From positions 928,001-992,000 of the forward strand of contig OY968796.1 in assembly GCA_963695545.1 (NCBI GenBank): a stretch of DNA of 64,000 nucleotides. Reading direction: 5' to 3'. Under the pieces are notes generated by a model. It saw only the letters and a program-made list of their open reading frames with translations, was not told the origin of the DNA and ran no database searches. Shown here piece after piece: positions 1 through 10,363 of this stretch. Both the position numbers and the translations under genes were made by a program. This DNA is from Terriglobia bacterium. GTDB taxonomy: Bacteria > Acidobacteriota > Terriglobia > Acidiferrales > UBA7541. Within the stretch, counting starts at the first letter, position 1; every line of letters starts with the position of its first letter.

Positions 1-701
1 GACTCGATAAAGCCATAGACCACTCCACCCAGCCCGGCTGTGGCGAGCGAGGCTCCCAGCCAATCGATGCGTCCGGCGGCGCGTTCCCGACTTTCAGGAA
101 TATGCCATAGCGAAATCACGATCACTGCGGCCGCAACTGGAACGTTAATGAAAAACGCCCAGCGCCAGGAAGCATGTTGAATCAGCCATCCACCCAGAAC
201 AGGTCCGATCGCCGTGGTGATTGCGGTGAAGCCAGACCAGGTACCGATCGCTCGTCCTCGGGTTTTCTCATCGAACGATGCACTGATAATCGACAGACTG
301 CCGGGCACGAGGAACGCGGCACCCAGGCCTTGCACGCTGCGCGCGATAACCAGCTGCTGAATGCTCGACGCAAGACCGCAAGCGATCGAAGCAGCCGCAA
401 AAATGACCACACCAACTAAGAACATCGATCGGCGGCCTAACAAGTCTCCGAGAGAACCGCCGACCAGAATCAGGGCTCCAAGGAACAATCCGTACGACTC
501 GACGACCCATTGCATTCCGACAACGGTTGCATGCAGATTTGATTGCAGCGCAGGTAGAGCGACGTTAACGACAGTGCTGTCGATAAACGCCATGCTGGAA
601 CCGAGAATGGTCGCTGCGAGGATCCAACGACCGGCTTGCGGTGCGCATGGGACGTCAGCATTCCCAGATCCGACAACGGCTACGTCGCATGGCGGCTTCA
701 T
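1..701 (-). CDS. MFS drug/H+ antiporter (DHA2, EmrB/QacA-like); runs off the window start
   Basis: Not in ORF track. Hand translation from ATG at 701: MKPPCDVAVVGSG...WILAATILGSSMAFIDSTVVNVALP...GGSLGDLLGRR...WRWAFFINVP, with DHA2 motifs (D-x-T-V-V-N-V-A-L-P, motif A, WRWxFxINVP). Confidence 0.9.
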   Translation of the reverse strand, partial: MKPPCDVAVVGSGNADVPCAPQAGRWILAATILGSSMAFIDSTVVNVALPALQSNLHATVVGMQWVVESYGLFLGALILVGGSLGDLLGRRSMFLVGVVIFAAASIACGLASSIQQLVIARSVQGLGAAFLVPGSLSIISASFDEKTRGRAIGTWSGFTAITTAIGPVLGGWLIQHASWRWAFFINVPVAAAVIVISLWHIPESRERAAGRIDWLGASLATAGLGGVVYGFIE

Positions 702-1044
702 GGTGGTTGCGGATGTATTGTCGCCCGGATTCCGCACAACCATCGAAATTGTTTAGTGTTGCCATTCAGGCGACCGTTAATCGCTAATGGGCGCGCGAAT
801 TTGCAACGATTCCCTAGATCGGTGAAGTGGGGATTTTACCCAGGGAAGGGCTTTTGAGCAGAATCGATGCCACTTGGGGAGAAAACACCAGCCACGTATT
901 CGTCCGATAATCCGACTAATCAGGAGTTAGACGCTTCGACGCGGTGTAGACTCTGGGGTGATCGAAGAAACAGCACGACTTGACGAGTCGTGCGCTCCGA
1001 TTCCGCTAAAGCATTTAGCTTCTTGGCAAATTGAAAGACTCAAG

Positions 1045-1464
1045 ATGAACGATCAACAAAAGAAGGAACGGGATTCTGGAGCGCGAGATCAAGAGATCCG
1101 TGCGGCGCTGGATCAGCATTGGGCAGCGTCCGATCCTAACGATTTTGAAAGCGAACACCGCATATATCACGAGGACGCGGTGCTGGACTACCCGCAGTCA
1201 GGCAAGCGAACTCGCGGTCGAAGCAACCTACAGAACCAACGCGCTAGTCAGCCGAGCAAAAAGCGGTTCACCGTCCGACAAATCATCGGCGGCGGCGATC
1301 TTTGGGTCACGGAATTGATCATCACCTATGACGGCAAGCCGTCCTACACCGTCAGCATCGTGGAGTTCACAGGCGACAAGGTTGCGCACGAAACACAATA
1401 CTATGCGGATCCACTTCCGGCTCCCGCTTGGCGCGCTCAATGGGTCGAACGGATGAACACATAA
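1045..1464 (+). CDS. NTF2/SnoaL-like family protein
   Basis: Pattern YHEDAVLDYPQSG...RG and VSIVEF.GDKV..ETQYYA; ATG at 1045 preferred over GTG at 958. Confidence 0.75.
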   Translation: MNDQQKKERDSGARDQEIRAALDQHWAASDPNDFESEHRIYHEDAVLDYPQSGKRTRGRSNLQNQRASQPSKKRFTVRQIIGGGDLWVTELIITYDGKPSYTVSIVEFTGDKVAHETQYYADPLPAPAWRAQWVERMNT

Positions 1465-1640
1465 TCTCGAGGCGCCAGAATTCGCCAACGACGCTGCCAT
1501 TTGCGGTTTGCTGCATAATTGTCGACAAGAAAGATTAACGCCGGATCCCCGCTGAATGCTGATGAACGCGGTTACCAGAGAAGTCGAACGGTATGAATTG
1601 GGGGATCGTTAAAGCACATCCTCCGATGGAGGGACAACAG

Positions 1641-2114
1641 ATGGATTGGAAACGGTTGGTCCAGTTTGCGCTACTGGGTAGCGGCGATTTGGAACAATAT
1701 GCCATCCTGCTGGTGCGCGTTTCGATCGGCGTATTCTTCGCCATCACCGGGGCAAACAAATTGTTTGTCGCCGGCAGCAAGCAAACGATGTACGAAACGC
1801 TCGTTAATGCCAAAGTCCCGTTTCCCCGCGTGATGACTTATTTCGTGTCGGGTGTCGAGTTCGTTGGCGGATTATTGCTGGCCGTGGGGTTTCTTTCGAG
1901 CCTGGCCTGCGTGGCTTTATTGGTCGATATGATTGTCGCCATCCTGACCGCCAAGCTTTCCGCCATGCCTAAAGGACTTTCGCCTCTTAACTGGCTCGAC
2001 GATTTCCTCTACCTTCCGGAAGTACTGTACGTGCTGTTTTTTATCTGGCTGATCTGCTCCGGTCCGGGAAAGCTAAGTGTCGATTACTGGCTGGCCGGCA
2101 AGTTACTGAGGTGA
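1641..2114 (+). CDS. DoxX family membrane protein
   Basis: LLVRVSIGVFF...G.NKL, EFVGGLLL.VG, C-terminal GPGKLSVD; RBS GGAGGG before ATG 1641. Confidence 0.85.
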   Translation: MDWKRLVQFALLGSGDLEQYAILLVRVSIGVFFAITGANKLFVAGSKQTMYETLVNAKVPFPRVMTYFVSGVEFVGGLLLAVGFLSSLACVALLVDMIVAILTAKLSAMPKGLSPLNWLDDFLYLPEVLYVLFFIWLICSGPGKLSVDYWLAGKLLR

Positions 2115-2156
2115 TCGACACAAGCAGCGACATGGACTCATAGGAGGAATCGAATC

Positions 2157-2777
2157 ATGCGTTCTGACATTGTACCCGGAGGAATTTTCCCCGACTACGA
2201 ACTGCCCGATCACGCAGACACACGGCGCAAACTCAGCGAACTCCAGGGCGACGACCCGCTGATCCTCACGCTTGCGCGCGGCCACTACTGCCCGAAGGAG
2301 CATCAGCAGCATCTGGAGCTCGCCGCGTTCTACCCGAAGATCGCCGTGGCGTACACTAAGATCGCGACGATCTCGACCGACGATCACCACACGACTCAAG
2401 AGTTTCGCGCGTCGATCGGTGCCCAGTGGCCTTTCCTCTCCGACCCTGAGCGAAAAGTTCAGAAGGATCTCGACATCCAGGAGTACACCGACCCCGAACA
2501 CAATCCGATGATTCCGTACACGCTCGTGCTCAAGCCGCGCCTCGTGATCTACAGCATCTACAACGGCTATTGGTTTTGGGGCCGCCCGTCGATCGCGGAC
2601 CTCTGGCATGATCTGCGCATTGTGACGAGCGAAATCCGTCCCGACTGGGATCTGAGCACGCCTGGACTCCGCGAGGCCTGGAATGCGGGCGACTTGTCGC
2701 GCTTCCACGGCTGGGATAAGCGTGGCGCCGCGAAGGCGCCCTCTGCAGGACAGAAAGAATCGGGACAGAAAGAATAA
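2157..2777 (+). CDS. Redoxin/AhpC-TSA-like protein (single Cys, YCPKE)
   Basis: G.IFPDYELPD, RGHYCPKE, ISTD, WPFLSDP; RBS AGGAGG. Confidence 0.75.
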   Translation: MRSDIVPGGIFPDYELPDHADTRRKLSELQGDDPLILTLARGHYCPKEHQQHLELAAFYPKIAVAYTKIATISTDDHHTTQEFRASIGAQWPFLSDPERKVQKDLDIQEYTDPEHNPMIPYTLVLKPRLVIYSIYNGYWFWGRPSIADLWHDLRIVTSEIRPDWDLSTPGLREAWNAGDLSRFHGWDKRGAAKAPSAGQKESGQKE

Positions 2778-2863
2778 CGATGACTTCCAGCGATGAACGC
2801 TGCGCTTGCGCCGGGCGCTTTTCTTGAGGCAGACGTAATTCCAGAATGTTGAACGGAGGAATC

Positions 2864-3616
2864 ATGAGCATCGCAACCGGCGCCTCCCCCATTCAGCCCG
2901 AACCGGGACTCCTCGGACAAACTATCGTGGTGATCGGCGGCACATCCGGCATCGGACTCGAAACGGCCCGGCGAGCGCGCGCGGAAGGAGCCAAGCTGAT
3001 TCTCGCGGCGCGAAATCCGGAGCACTTGGAAAACGCCTCCCGCGAACTCGGCCCTCTAAGCACCGCGGCGTTCGACGCCACCAACTTCGATCAACTCAAA
3101 ATCTTCTTCGACGGACTTCCGGCACCGATCGACCACGTGCTGGTCACCGGCCCCGGTCCCTACTACTCAACGCTAGCGGACCTCGACGTCGAAAAGGCGC
3201 GCCGCGACGTGGACGCCCATCTATTTCTGCCGATGCAGGTCGCTCGGTTCGCCGCCAAGAAGGTTCGCGCGGGAGGGACGTTACTGTTCATGGGCGGAAC
3301 GGGCGGTCGCGCGCCGACCGCGGGCGCAGTCATCACTGCGCTTACTGCCGCTATGCCAGCGCTCACCAAGGCGCTCGCGCTCGAGGTGGCTCCGGTCCGA
3401 GTCAATTTGATCGCCGCCGGCTTCGTGGACACTCCGCTCTCAGCGTCCCTGCTCGGCGACCAATTGGGCGCGCGGCGCGCGCAACTGCGCGCGACACTCC
3501 CGATCCGCCGCGTGGTCGGCCCAGCGGACATCGCAGCGCTCGCCGTCCACCTCATGATGAACACGGCCGTCACCGGAGCAACGTACGACATCGACGGCGG
3601 CCAGCAGCTCGTCTAG
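2864..3616 (+). CDS. Short-chain dehydrogenase/reductase (atypical, no YxxxK)
   Basis: VIGGTSGIG, VRVNLIAAGFVDT, TG..YDIDGG; RBS GGAGG. Confidence 0.85.
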   Translation: MSIATGASPIQPEPGLLGQTIVVIGGTSGIGLETARRARAEGAKLILAARNPEHLENASRELGPLSTAAFDATNFDQLKIFFDGLPAPIDHVLVTGPGPYYSTLADLDVEKARRDVDAHLFLPMQVARFAAKKVRAGGTLLFMGGTGGRAPTAGAVITALTAAMPALTKALALEVAPVRVNLIAAGFVDTPLSASLLGDQLGARRAQLRATLPIRRVVGPADIAALAVHLMMNTAVTGATYDIDGGQQLV

Positions 3617-3882
3617 GAGTGAGCCGGTGACGAACGCAACCCGTTCGGGCTGCGATAGATCCTTACAAGCGGGATTTCCGGACTGTCGGTAATCACGTCC
3701 AAACTAACCTCTCGTCTCAGCCGATACAGCAAATCATGTATCTGCCCAGCGCTCGCGCGGCGCCTGCCCTTAGAGACACTTTGTACGCGAACTCGGGCCA
3801 TTTATCGATTGAGCTCAATACATGTTCTTACGGATGCCAATCTCCATGCCGCGCGTGACACCCTCGGGAAGGGGACGCACAA

Positions 3883-5640
3883 ATGGCCTCGCGAATTCTG
3901 GTAGCAGACGACCACGAAATGGTGAGAAGGGGAATTCGCTCGCTTCTAGAGGCGCGTCACCGCGACGTCCAAGTGTTAGAGGCTGCCGATGGCAGAGAAG
4001 CGGTCGAGAAAACGATAGATTTAAAACCGGATCTGGTGATTTTGGATCTTTCCATGCCGCTACTTGACGGCCTCAGCGCCGCGAGGGAAATAAGAAAAGT
4101 GGCGGCCACTACGCCAATTCTGATCTTGACCTTCGAGAAGACCGGCGTGCTCACAGAGTTGGCGCAAAGTATCGGAGTCTGCGGGTACATCACCAAGAGC
4201 GAAGACAGCGATACCCTCCTACGGGCGATCGATGCCGCGATTGGCATCCAGACCACCGTAGATTCCGACGGAGACGACGCATACGGATCTCGAACAGCAG
4301 GGGTTCGGGAGAACCGACAAGCGTCAAGGAAAGATGATCCTTCGCGCTTGCGTGCAGAGACCGTACGAAGCCCGACGCTGCGCGTTCTCCTTCTCCACAG
4401 CGATATTGCATGCAGAAAACGGTGCCTTGAAGAACTTACGGGAGCGCAACCGCATATCGAACCCGACGTCGCTCTAACCTTCGAGCAATTCACCGAACGA
4501 CTGAATTCAATACACTACGACGTCGCTGTTGCCGAATATCCAATCCCAAGACCGTGGGGAGCGCCGACGGTGAATCTTTCACCTGGATCCCGCGGACATG
4601 TTCCGCTAATTCTTCTGACTCACCAAATGAAACGGATCATCGCGGCCGACCTGATCACGGGTGGTGCCGCCGATTGCGTTGAGATCGATGATCTCGGACA
4701 GCTTCCCATCGCGATTCGCCGAGCGCTTAAAGAAAATGCTTTGCACGGGGAGCGCAATCGGGTCGAGCAAAAACTGCAACATACTGAGGCGCACTACCGC
4801 GCTCTGACTGGGAATCTCGCATTCGGAATTTGCCGCTGCGGCATGGACGGCCAGTTTGTCGATGCGAATCCAGCGCTGGTGAGAATGCTCGGTTACTCCT
4901 CAAAAGAGGAACTCTTGAAGATGAGCCTTGCCACCGACATCATTAACGACTCGTCCGCGCGGGCGCGGCTACTGGGCGAGGTGGGCGAGAACGGTCGCGT
5001 CGATCTGCTGGAAGCCGTTTGGAGCCGGAAAAACGGAATACGACTCAGGGTTCGTCTTAGCGGTCGGGAAATCAGAGGCGCTGAAGGCCACAAAGAAGGC
5101 TACGAAATTATTGTTCAGGATGTGACCAAACAGCGCGAGCTCGAAGAGAACCTGCGGCGGCAAGCATCTCGAGACCCGCTGACTGGTCTGGCCAATTACC
5201 GCTATCTCCTTGGAGTGCTGGGCAGCGAAATTCGGCGGTTCAGCCGCACCGGCCGAGAATTCGCTCTCTTGCTGTTCGATTTGGACAGGTTGAAACAACT
5301 CAACGATCGTTACGGGCATTTGACCGGCAGCGAAGCACTCTGTCGAGTAGCCGATGTCTTAGGTGCGGGGTGTCGAAATATCGATACCGCTGCGCGTTTT
5401 GGAGGAGATGAGTTTGCGGTAGTGCTGCCTGAAACAGGGAGAGAAGCGGCCAAATTGGTCGCTCAGCGTCTGTGCGACAACTTGACGAATGACGGGAGGA
5501 ACCCCCAATTGTCTATGAGCGCGGGCGTTGCTATCTATCCCACGGATGGCGAGACGATCGAAACACTGTTGGTTGCCGCGGACAGAGAGTTGTACGGAAA
5601 AAAGTCCAAGGCTCACCAAGCGGCGCGCGTCGGGCATTGA
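3883..5640 (+). CDS. Diguanylate cyclase: REC - degenerate REC - PAS - GGDEF
   Basis: ILVADDH...VILDLSMP; second REC-like LRVLLLHSD...VAVAEY; PAS ANPALVRMLGY...QDVT; DPLTGLAN, RNID I-site, GGDEF. Confidence 0.9.
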   Translation: MASRILVADDHEMVRRGIRSLLEARHRDVQVLEAADGREAVEKTIDLKPDLVILDLSMPLLDGLSAAREIRKVAATTPILILTFEKTGVLTELAQSIGVCGYITKSEDSDTLLRAIDAAIGIQTTVDSDGDDAYGSRTAGVRENRQASRKDDPSRLRAETVRSPTLRVLLLHSDIACRKRCLEELTGAQPHIEPDVALTFEQFTERLNSIHYDVAVAEYPIPRPWGAPTVNLSPGSRGHVPLILLTHQMKRIIAADLITGGAADCVEIDDLGQLPIAIRRALKENALHGERNRVEQKLQHTEAHYRALTGNLAFGICRCGMDGQFVDANPALVRMLGYSSKEELLKMSLATDIINDSSARARLLGEVGENGRVDLLEAVWSRKNGIRLRVRLSGREIRGAEGHKEGYEIIVQDVTKQRELEENLRRQASRDPLTGLANYRYLLGVLGSEIRRFSRTGREFALLLFDLDRLKQLNDRYGHLTGSEALCRVADVLGAGCRNIDTAARFGGDEFAVVLPETGREAAKLVAQRLCDNLTNDGRNPQLSMSAGVAIYPTDGETIETLLVAADRELYGKKSKAHQAARVGH

Positions 5641-5966
5641 CGCAAGTTCCAATCATCGCGCCTGCGCTCGACGCTTGAGAGTCGTGGCGCATCATTAGTT
5701 CCCCGCGTCAGGCTCTGCAATACTTCCAGTTAGACAGTCAAGTTTTAGATCGGGTGTGTCACTCTGAACCAGACCGTGTCCTAAGGTAGCTGGGACCGGT
5801 TACTGCAGGAAAGTGTGTATTGAGGAGTTGCCGGCAATCATCTCTCATTAGAGGGTGGCGAGGCCCGAATTGGGGGCAGGAGTGAATGAAACGAGTCCGC
5901 GCCGGAAACACTCGTATTCCGGACCCCGACTAGTCGCAGAACTGCACTGCAAATGATGAAAGCGAA

Positions 5967-6833
5967 TTGCTAAGTGACTCGACGATGATTCTCCATCCCA
6001 TTGCTCTCGTTTGCGCTCTTGCGACGGTCTCAGTCGCTACGACCGTAGATCGCGGCGGAATCATCTCGACCATCGGCGAATTGGCCATCGACTTTTTTGA
6101 ATGGTTCGGAAACGTGACCCTGTTCTGCGGCCGGCTGCTTCGCGCAGCTTTCGCTCCGCCCTATGAATTTCGTGAGTTCTTTCACCAATTTGACGAGCTG
6201 GGTTCGAAATCTGCGCCCTTGGTGGCGCTCGCTGGCGCCGCGACTGGCGTGGTCCTTACGCTCTCAACGCGCGACAGCCTCATCCGCTTCGGCGCGAAAG
6301 GATTTCTCCCGGCCGTCGTGGTCTTCTCGATTATCAAGGAGAGCGGGCCCATCATCACGGCGCTCGTGGTAAGCGGGCGCGCGGCCGCGGGCATCGGCTC
6401 AGAACTCGCCGCAATGAAAGTCTCCGAGCAGATCGATGCGATGGAGGCGTCCGCCGTCAACCCCTACAGGTATCTGGCGGCCACGCGCATCCTGGCGTGC
6501 ATGCTGATGCTTCCGCTGCTTACACTGGTGAGCGATTTTTGCGGAATCTTCATGGGTTGGGTGGCCAACGTAGCCGCAGAACCCATATCTCTGCGCCTGT
6601 TCATTCACGATGGATTCAAAAGCGTCACGTTCAACGATTTTTTGCCTTCGACGCTTAAAACAATCATTTTCGGGCTGCTGATCGGCGTGATCGCCTGCTA
6701 CCAGGGAATGCACGCGACTGGCGGCACGGAAGGAGTTGAGCGCGCGGCAACTAGTTCCGTGGTGCTCGCCTCGCTCTTCATCATTCTCGCGGATGTGATC
6801 CTCGTCCACTTGATCCTCGTATTCTTTCCGTGA
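5967..6833 (+). CDS. mlaE: MlaE/YrbE-family ABC permease
   Basis: KESGPIITALVVSGR...GSELAAMKVSEQIDAM, GG.EGV.RA.TSSVV. Confidence 0.9.
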   Translation: MLSDSTMILHPIALVCALATVSVATTVDRGGIISTIGELAIDFFEWFGNVTLFCGRLLRAAFAPPYEFREFFHQFDELGSKSAPLVALAGAATGVVLTLSTRDSLIRFGAKGFLPAVVVFSIIKESGPIITALVVSGRAAAGIGSELAAMKVSEQIDAMEASAVNPYRYLAATRILACMLMLPLLTLVSDFCGIFMGWVANVAAEPISLRLFIHDGFKSVTFNDFLPSTLKTIIFGLLIGVIACYQGMHATGGTEGVERAATSSVVLASLFIILADVILVHLILVFFP

Positions 6834-6842
6834 AAGGCGCCG

Positions 6843-7610
6843 ATGCCAAGCCAAGAGATCGAGAAAGACGACGACAAAAACTCGCGGCCGGTCCAGGTGA
6901 AGTCGCTCAGCAAATCCTTCGGCCGGCAGAAAGTGCTCAAAGGAATTGATCTGGAGGTCTGCGCCGGTCAGACACTGTCGGTTCTTGGACGCAGCGGAAC
7001 AGGAAAGAGCGTCTTGCTCAAACTGATCATCGGCTTGCAGAAGCCGGATTCCGGGACAATCTTTGTAAATGGAGAAGAGGTTACAAAACTGCCGGTGAAG
7101 GAATTGAACAAGGTCCGAAAAAAAGTCGGCTTCTTATTTCAGCAAGCAGCGCTCTACGATTCGATGACCGTCGAGGAAAACGTCGCGTTTCCGTTGCGTC
7201 GTCACACCCAGCTGTCCGACGCCGACCGCAAGAGCAAGGTTCGCGAACTCCTTGCAAGTGTCGGGATGGACGCAGACCTGCAAAAACTGCCCTCGGACAT
7301 TTCCGGCGGAATGCAAAAGCGCGTGGGCCTGGCGCGCGCCCTGGCTCTGGATCCGGAGATCCTGCTGTTCGACGAGCCCACCGCCGGCCTCGATCCGATC
7401 ACAGCGTCAGAGATCGACGAGCTGATCGTGAAATTGCAGAAAGAGCGCCATATCACCTCCGTCGTGGTGACCCACGATATCCATGGCGCGCGAACCATCT
7501 CCGATCGCCTGGCCCTGATGCGTGAGGGCCAAATTTTAATCGAAGGAACGTTTGACCACCTGCAGAAGAGCTGCGATCCCTTCGTCGTGCAGTTTCTAAA
7601 GGGATGTTAG
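6843..7610 (+). CDS. mlaF: MlaF/Mkl-family ABC ATPase
   Basis: Walker A GRSGTGKS, signature ISGGMQKRV, LLFDEPTAGLDP, VVVTHD. Confidence 0.9.
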   Translation: MPSQEIEKDDDKNSRPVQVKSLSKSFGRQKVLKGIDLEVCAGQTLSVLGRSGTGKSVLLKLIIGLQKPDSGTIFVNGEEVTKLPVKELNKVRKKVGFLFQQAALYDSMTVEENVAFPLRRHTQLSDADRKSKVRELLASVGMDADLQKLPSDISGGMQKRVGLARALALDPEILLFDEPTAGLDPITASEIDELIVKLQKERHITSVVVTHDIHGARTISDRLALMREGQILIEGTFDHLQKSCDPFVVQFLKGC

Positions 7611-7619
7611 GAAAAAATC

Positions 7620-8567
7620 ATGTCCACAGCCTTTCGAGTTGGGGTCTTTGTTGTTCTCGCGCTCCTGTTCCTTTCCGTCGGCGTCTTCTTGATCGGAAAT
7701 AAAGACGCACTTTTCTCCCCCACTTATGAATTGAAAGCGGAGTTCCAGAACGTCGACGGCCTCAACAATGGCGCCGAGGTTCGCGTCGGCGGAATCGACC
7801 AGGGCACTGTCACCTCGATATTTCTGCCTTCGCAACCGAACGGCAGCGTGACCGTTGTGATGAAGCTGCGCAGTTACACCCGCGATATCATCAAGAAGGA
7901 TTCGCGCGCCTCCATTAGCACCGAAGGACTCCTCGGCGACAAGTTCGTCGATATCTCCTTTGGATCGATGAAAGCTCCGGGGGTTGCGAATGATGACGTC
8001 ATTGCCAGCGATGAGCCGCAGGACATGTCTCAACAAGCTCATGCCATCGGCGACGAAGCCAGCCAGGCCATCGAGGCCTTTCGTGACGATGCAGTCGCGC
8101 TTCAGCACAATTTCTTGTTTCGCGGATTTTTCGACAAGCGGGGCTATGGCGATACGCAAGAATTGACGCAACATTCCATATCGCATCTCCCGGCTGCCAG
8201 GCCCATCAAGGAATTTGACTACGACGCGGGAGACATTTTCGACAAGCCCGACAACGCCGAGCTAAAAGACAAGAAACGGCTCGATGAAGCTGGAAACTAT
8301 CTGGAGCAGAATCCGTTCGGCCTTGCGGTTATTGCCTCGTCGGTAGCAAAAGGCGATTCAGATCAGGATCATGTGCTCACCGAAGCTCGCGCGAAGGCCG
8401 CGCGCGATTACCTTGTCCAAACCTTCAATATCGACGACAAGCGCCTGAAGACCATCGGCCTTGGCAAAACCAAGGACGCTGACGATGCCTCAAAGCTCGA
8501 CATCTTGGTTTACGCGGCAAACACTTCTACTGGGCCGGCGCAGGCGTCTTCGTCATCTGGCCCTTAG
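7620..8567 (+). CDS. MCE/MlaD protein with C-terminal OmpA-like domain
   Basis: N-terminal TM helix, GL..GAEVRVGG, GLLGDKFVDI; C-terminal LTEARAKAARDYLV...RLKTIGLGK resembles OmpA_C. Confidence 0.85.
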   Translation: MSTAFRVGVFVVLALLFLSVGVFLIGNKDALFSPTYELKAEFQNVDGLNNGAEVRVGGIDQGTVTSIFLPSQPNGSVTVVMKLRSYTRDIIKKDSRASISTEGLLGDKFVDISFGSMKAPGVANDDVIASDEPQDMSQQAHAIGDEASQAIEAFRDDAVALQHNFLFRGFFDKRGYGDTQELTQHSISHLPAARPIKEFDYDAGDIFDKPDNAELKDKKRLDEAGNYLEQNPFGLAVIASSVAKGDSDQDHVLTEARAKAARDYLVQTFNIDDKRLKTIGLGKTKDADDASKLDILVYAANTSTGPAQASSSSGP

Positions 8568-8770
8568 GCGAAAATCGTGTTGTTTGGGTATTTGACGTTT
8601 ATTTATCTTAATAGGCCTACAATAAACGCGTCACACTGGCATCCTTCCGCCGTCGTCCTGCTCAAAAAAGGTTCGTTGCGAAATTTAACGGCCCTTCGCG
8701 ACAAGTTGCCCATGTTCCGCACCGAGAATCCAGTCTGAATTACTTCGAATGGGTCCGTCCGAACTTCCTC

Positions 8771-9181
8771 TTATTCAGCCTGCTGCAGATCCTCTTGGCG
8801 CAAGTCAATCTGATGGGAGCCTCTCGCGTGCTGCTTGATGGTTGGAATCAGTCTGGCGGCGAGGTCAATCTTGTCCAGTAACGACAAAGCGCCAAAGGTG
8901 TCGGCGAGCGCCTTTGAATCGGCGTCGTTCCAGATGGAGATAGCGACTATTTTCGAACCAGCCAAGGACGATCTCACTTGTGACGGTTGCACGTCTTTTT
9001 CATCGCTCATGTGCAGGTCCATCACGATCACCTGGGGTCGCAGCTCGCGCGCCATCTGTATTGTTTGGAAGAAGGTAGTCGCTTCGGCGAGGAGTTGAAT
9101 TTCAGGATCGCTCACGAGGAGACGTCGAATCGCGTTGCGCACTGGTTCATTGTCGTCTGCCAAAAGCACTTTGATGGACAT
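8771..9181 (-). CDS. Single-domain response regulator (NarL-like REC)
   Basis: KVLLADDN...VIVMDLHM...LDK; no output domain. Confidence 0.85.
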   Translation of the reverse strand: MSIKVLLADDNEPVRNAIRRLLVSDPEIQLLAEATTFFQTIQMARELRPQVIVMDLHMSDEKDVQPSQVRSSLAGSKIVAISIWNDADSKALADTFGALSLLDKIDLAARLIPTIKQHARGSHQIDLRQEDLQQAE

Positions 9182-10363
9182 TAGTGGTCCCTAAGGACGT
9201 ACTTCACTACACCATATTAGCTCGTGGGTTTGTACGCCAACGTACCGATCGCGACTCCAGGCCGTCCACGTGCCATCGACCAATTATTTGACGACTCGGC
9301 CCAGCTGGCGGTCAACCGAAATCTCGCGCTTCGTCGCACATGGCTGTTTCCAATTGGCGTATGGGTCTTTCGGCGTCCCGCCCGCGCGGCATCGGCAATT
9401 CGCCCGGCGCAAACTAGCGCGAATATCGAATGATTTGGGCGCGCTTGGAAACGGTCGAAGGTAGCGATTTTTCGGCGAGGGCGCAAGGCCGGGAGGGTGT
9501 GTCGGTACGGCTATTCGGGGGCGCGGCTAATCGCTGTATCTGAACGAAAAGAATGAGTTTGTTTACGTTCAGGCTCCTGTCGACGTGTTCGGGTCGTCTA
9601 ATTGCGGACGTCCCGATGGCTCTGCCTTAGTCCCTGCCAACGCTCGTCCCGGACGCCGCCAAATAAGATTTCAGCGCAGCGAGACTCGGCAAAGGTATGG
9701 CAAACCGCGACAGCAAGCAACGTCTGGCGAAGAGCTACGCTAGGGGCGCGCCACAGTGAGCAAGACGACGATCTCAAGGAGAACCACACCTAGGCCGGCG
9801 CTCGGGTAGAAGCCTCAGGCCCGGTTATGGGGCCATGCGGGAAACGAACCGACGAAGCCTCGAACAAAATCACTAACCAGACTGTAAGGAGAATTCGGCC
9901 TCCACTCGCTCTTCACATGCCTTACTTATTGGATGGCGACGGGAGAAGAAGAAAGGGGGAGCCGGCCCAGCCCTCGAATCCCAAAAGGATCCCTCGACAC
10001 CCTTTTTCTTTTCTTCTCCCGCCGGCGCGATAATCCGAGAAGTCCGCAAACGAGGCAATACAGGCAAATCTTTAGACGACTTCGGGGTTTGCTGTAAGCC
10101 GCGATATTTTGCGATTCCCTCCCGTCTGGAATCTTGTTCTGTATCGCCGAGCGCCGTCGACCGCTGGCTAACTGCGTCGTGGAGCCCCCGTGAATGCGGC
10201 TCAACGCAAGGCTTCCAAGTTAACTCATTACAAGATCATGCTTCGCCGTCGTACAGGCTTTGCCGCATGGTCGGCCGCATCCATCGGCAATACCATGGAA
10301 CTCGAAGCAAGCGATTTCGATGACGGTAGAGTTCCGAAACACCATCCGAGAGGAGAGACTTTC

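Noticed and set aside
9217..10204. Several short ORFs in the 9.2-10.3 kb gap
   Set aside because: Mutually overlapping, with no motifs or convincing RBS.
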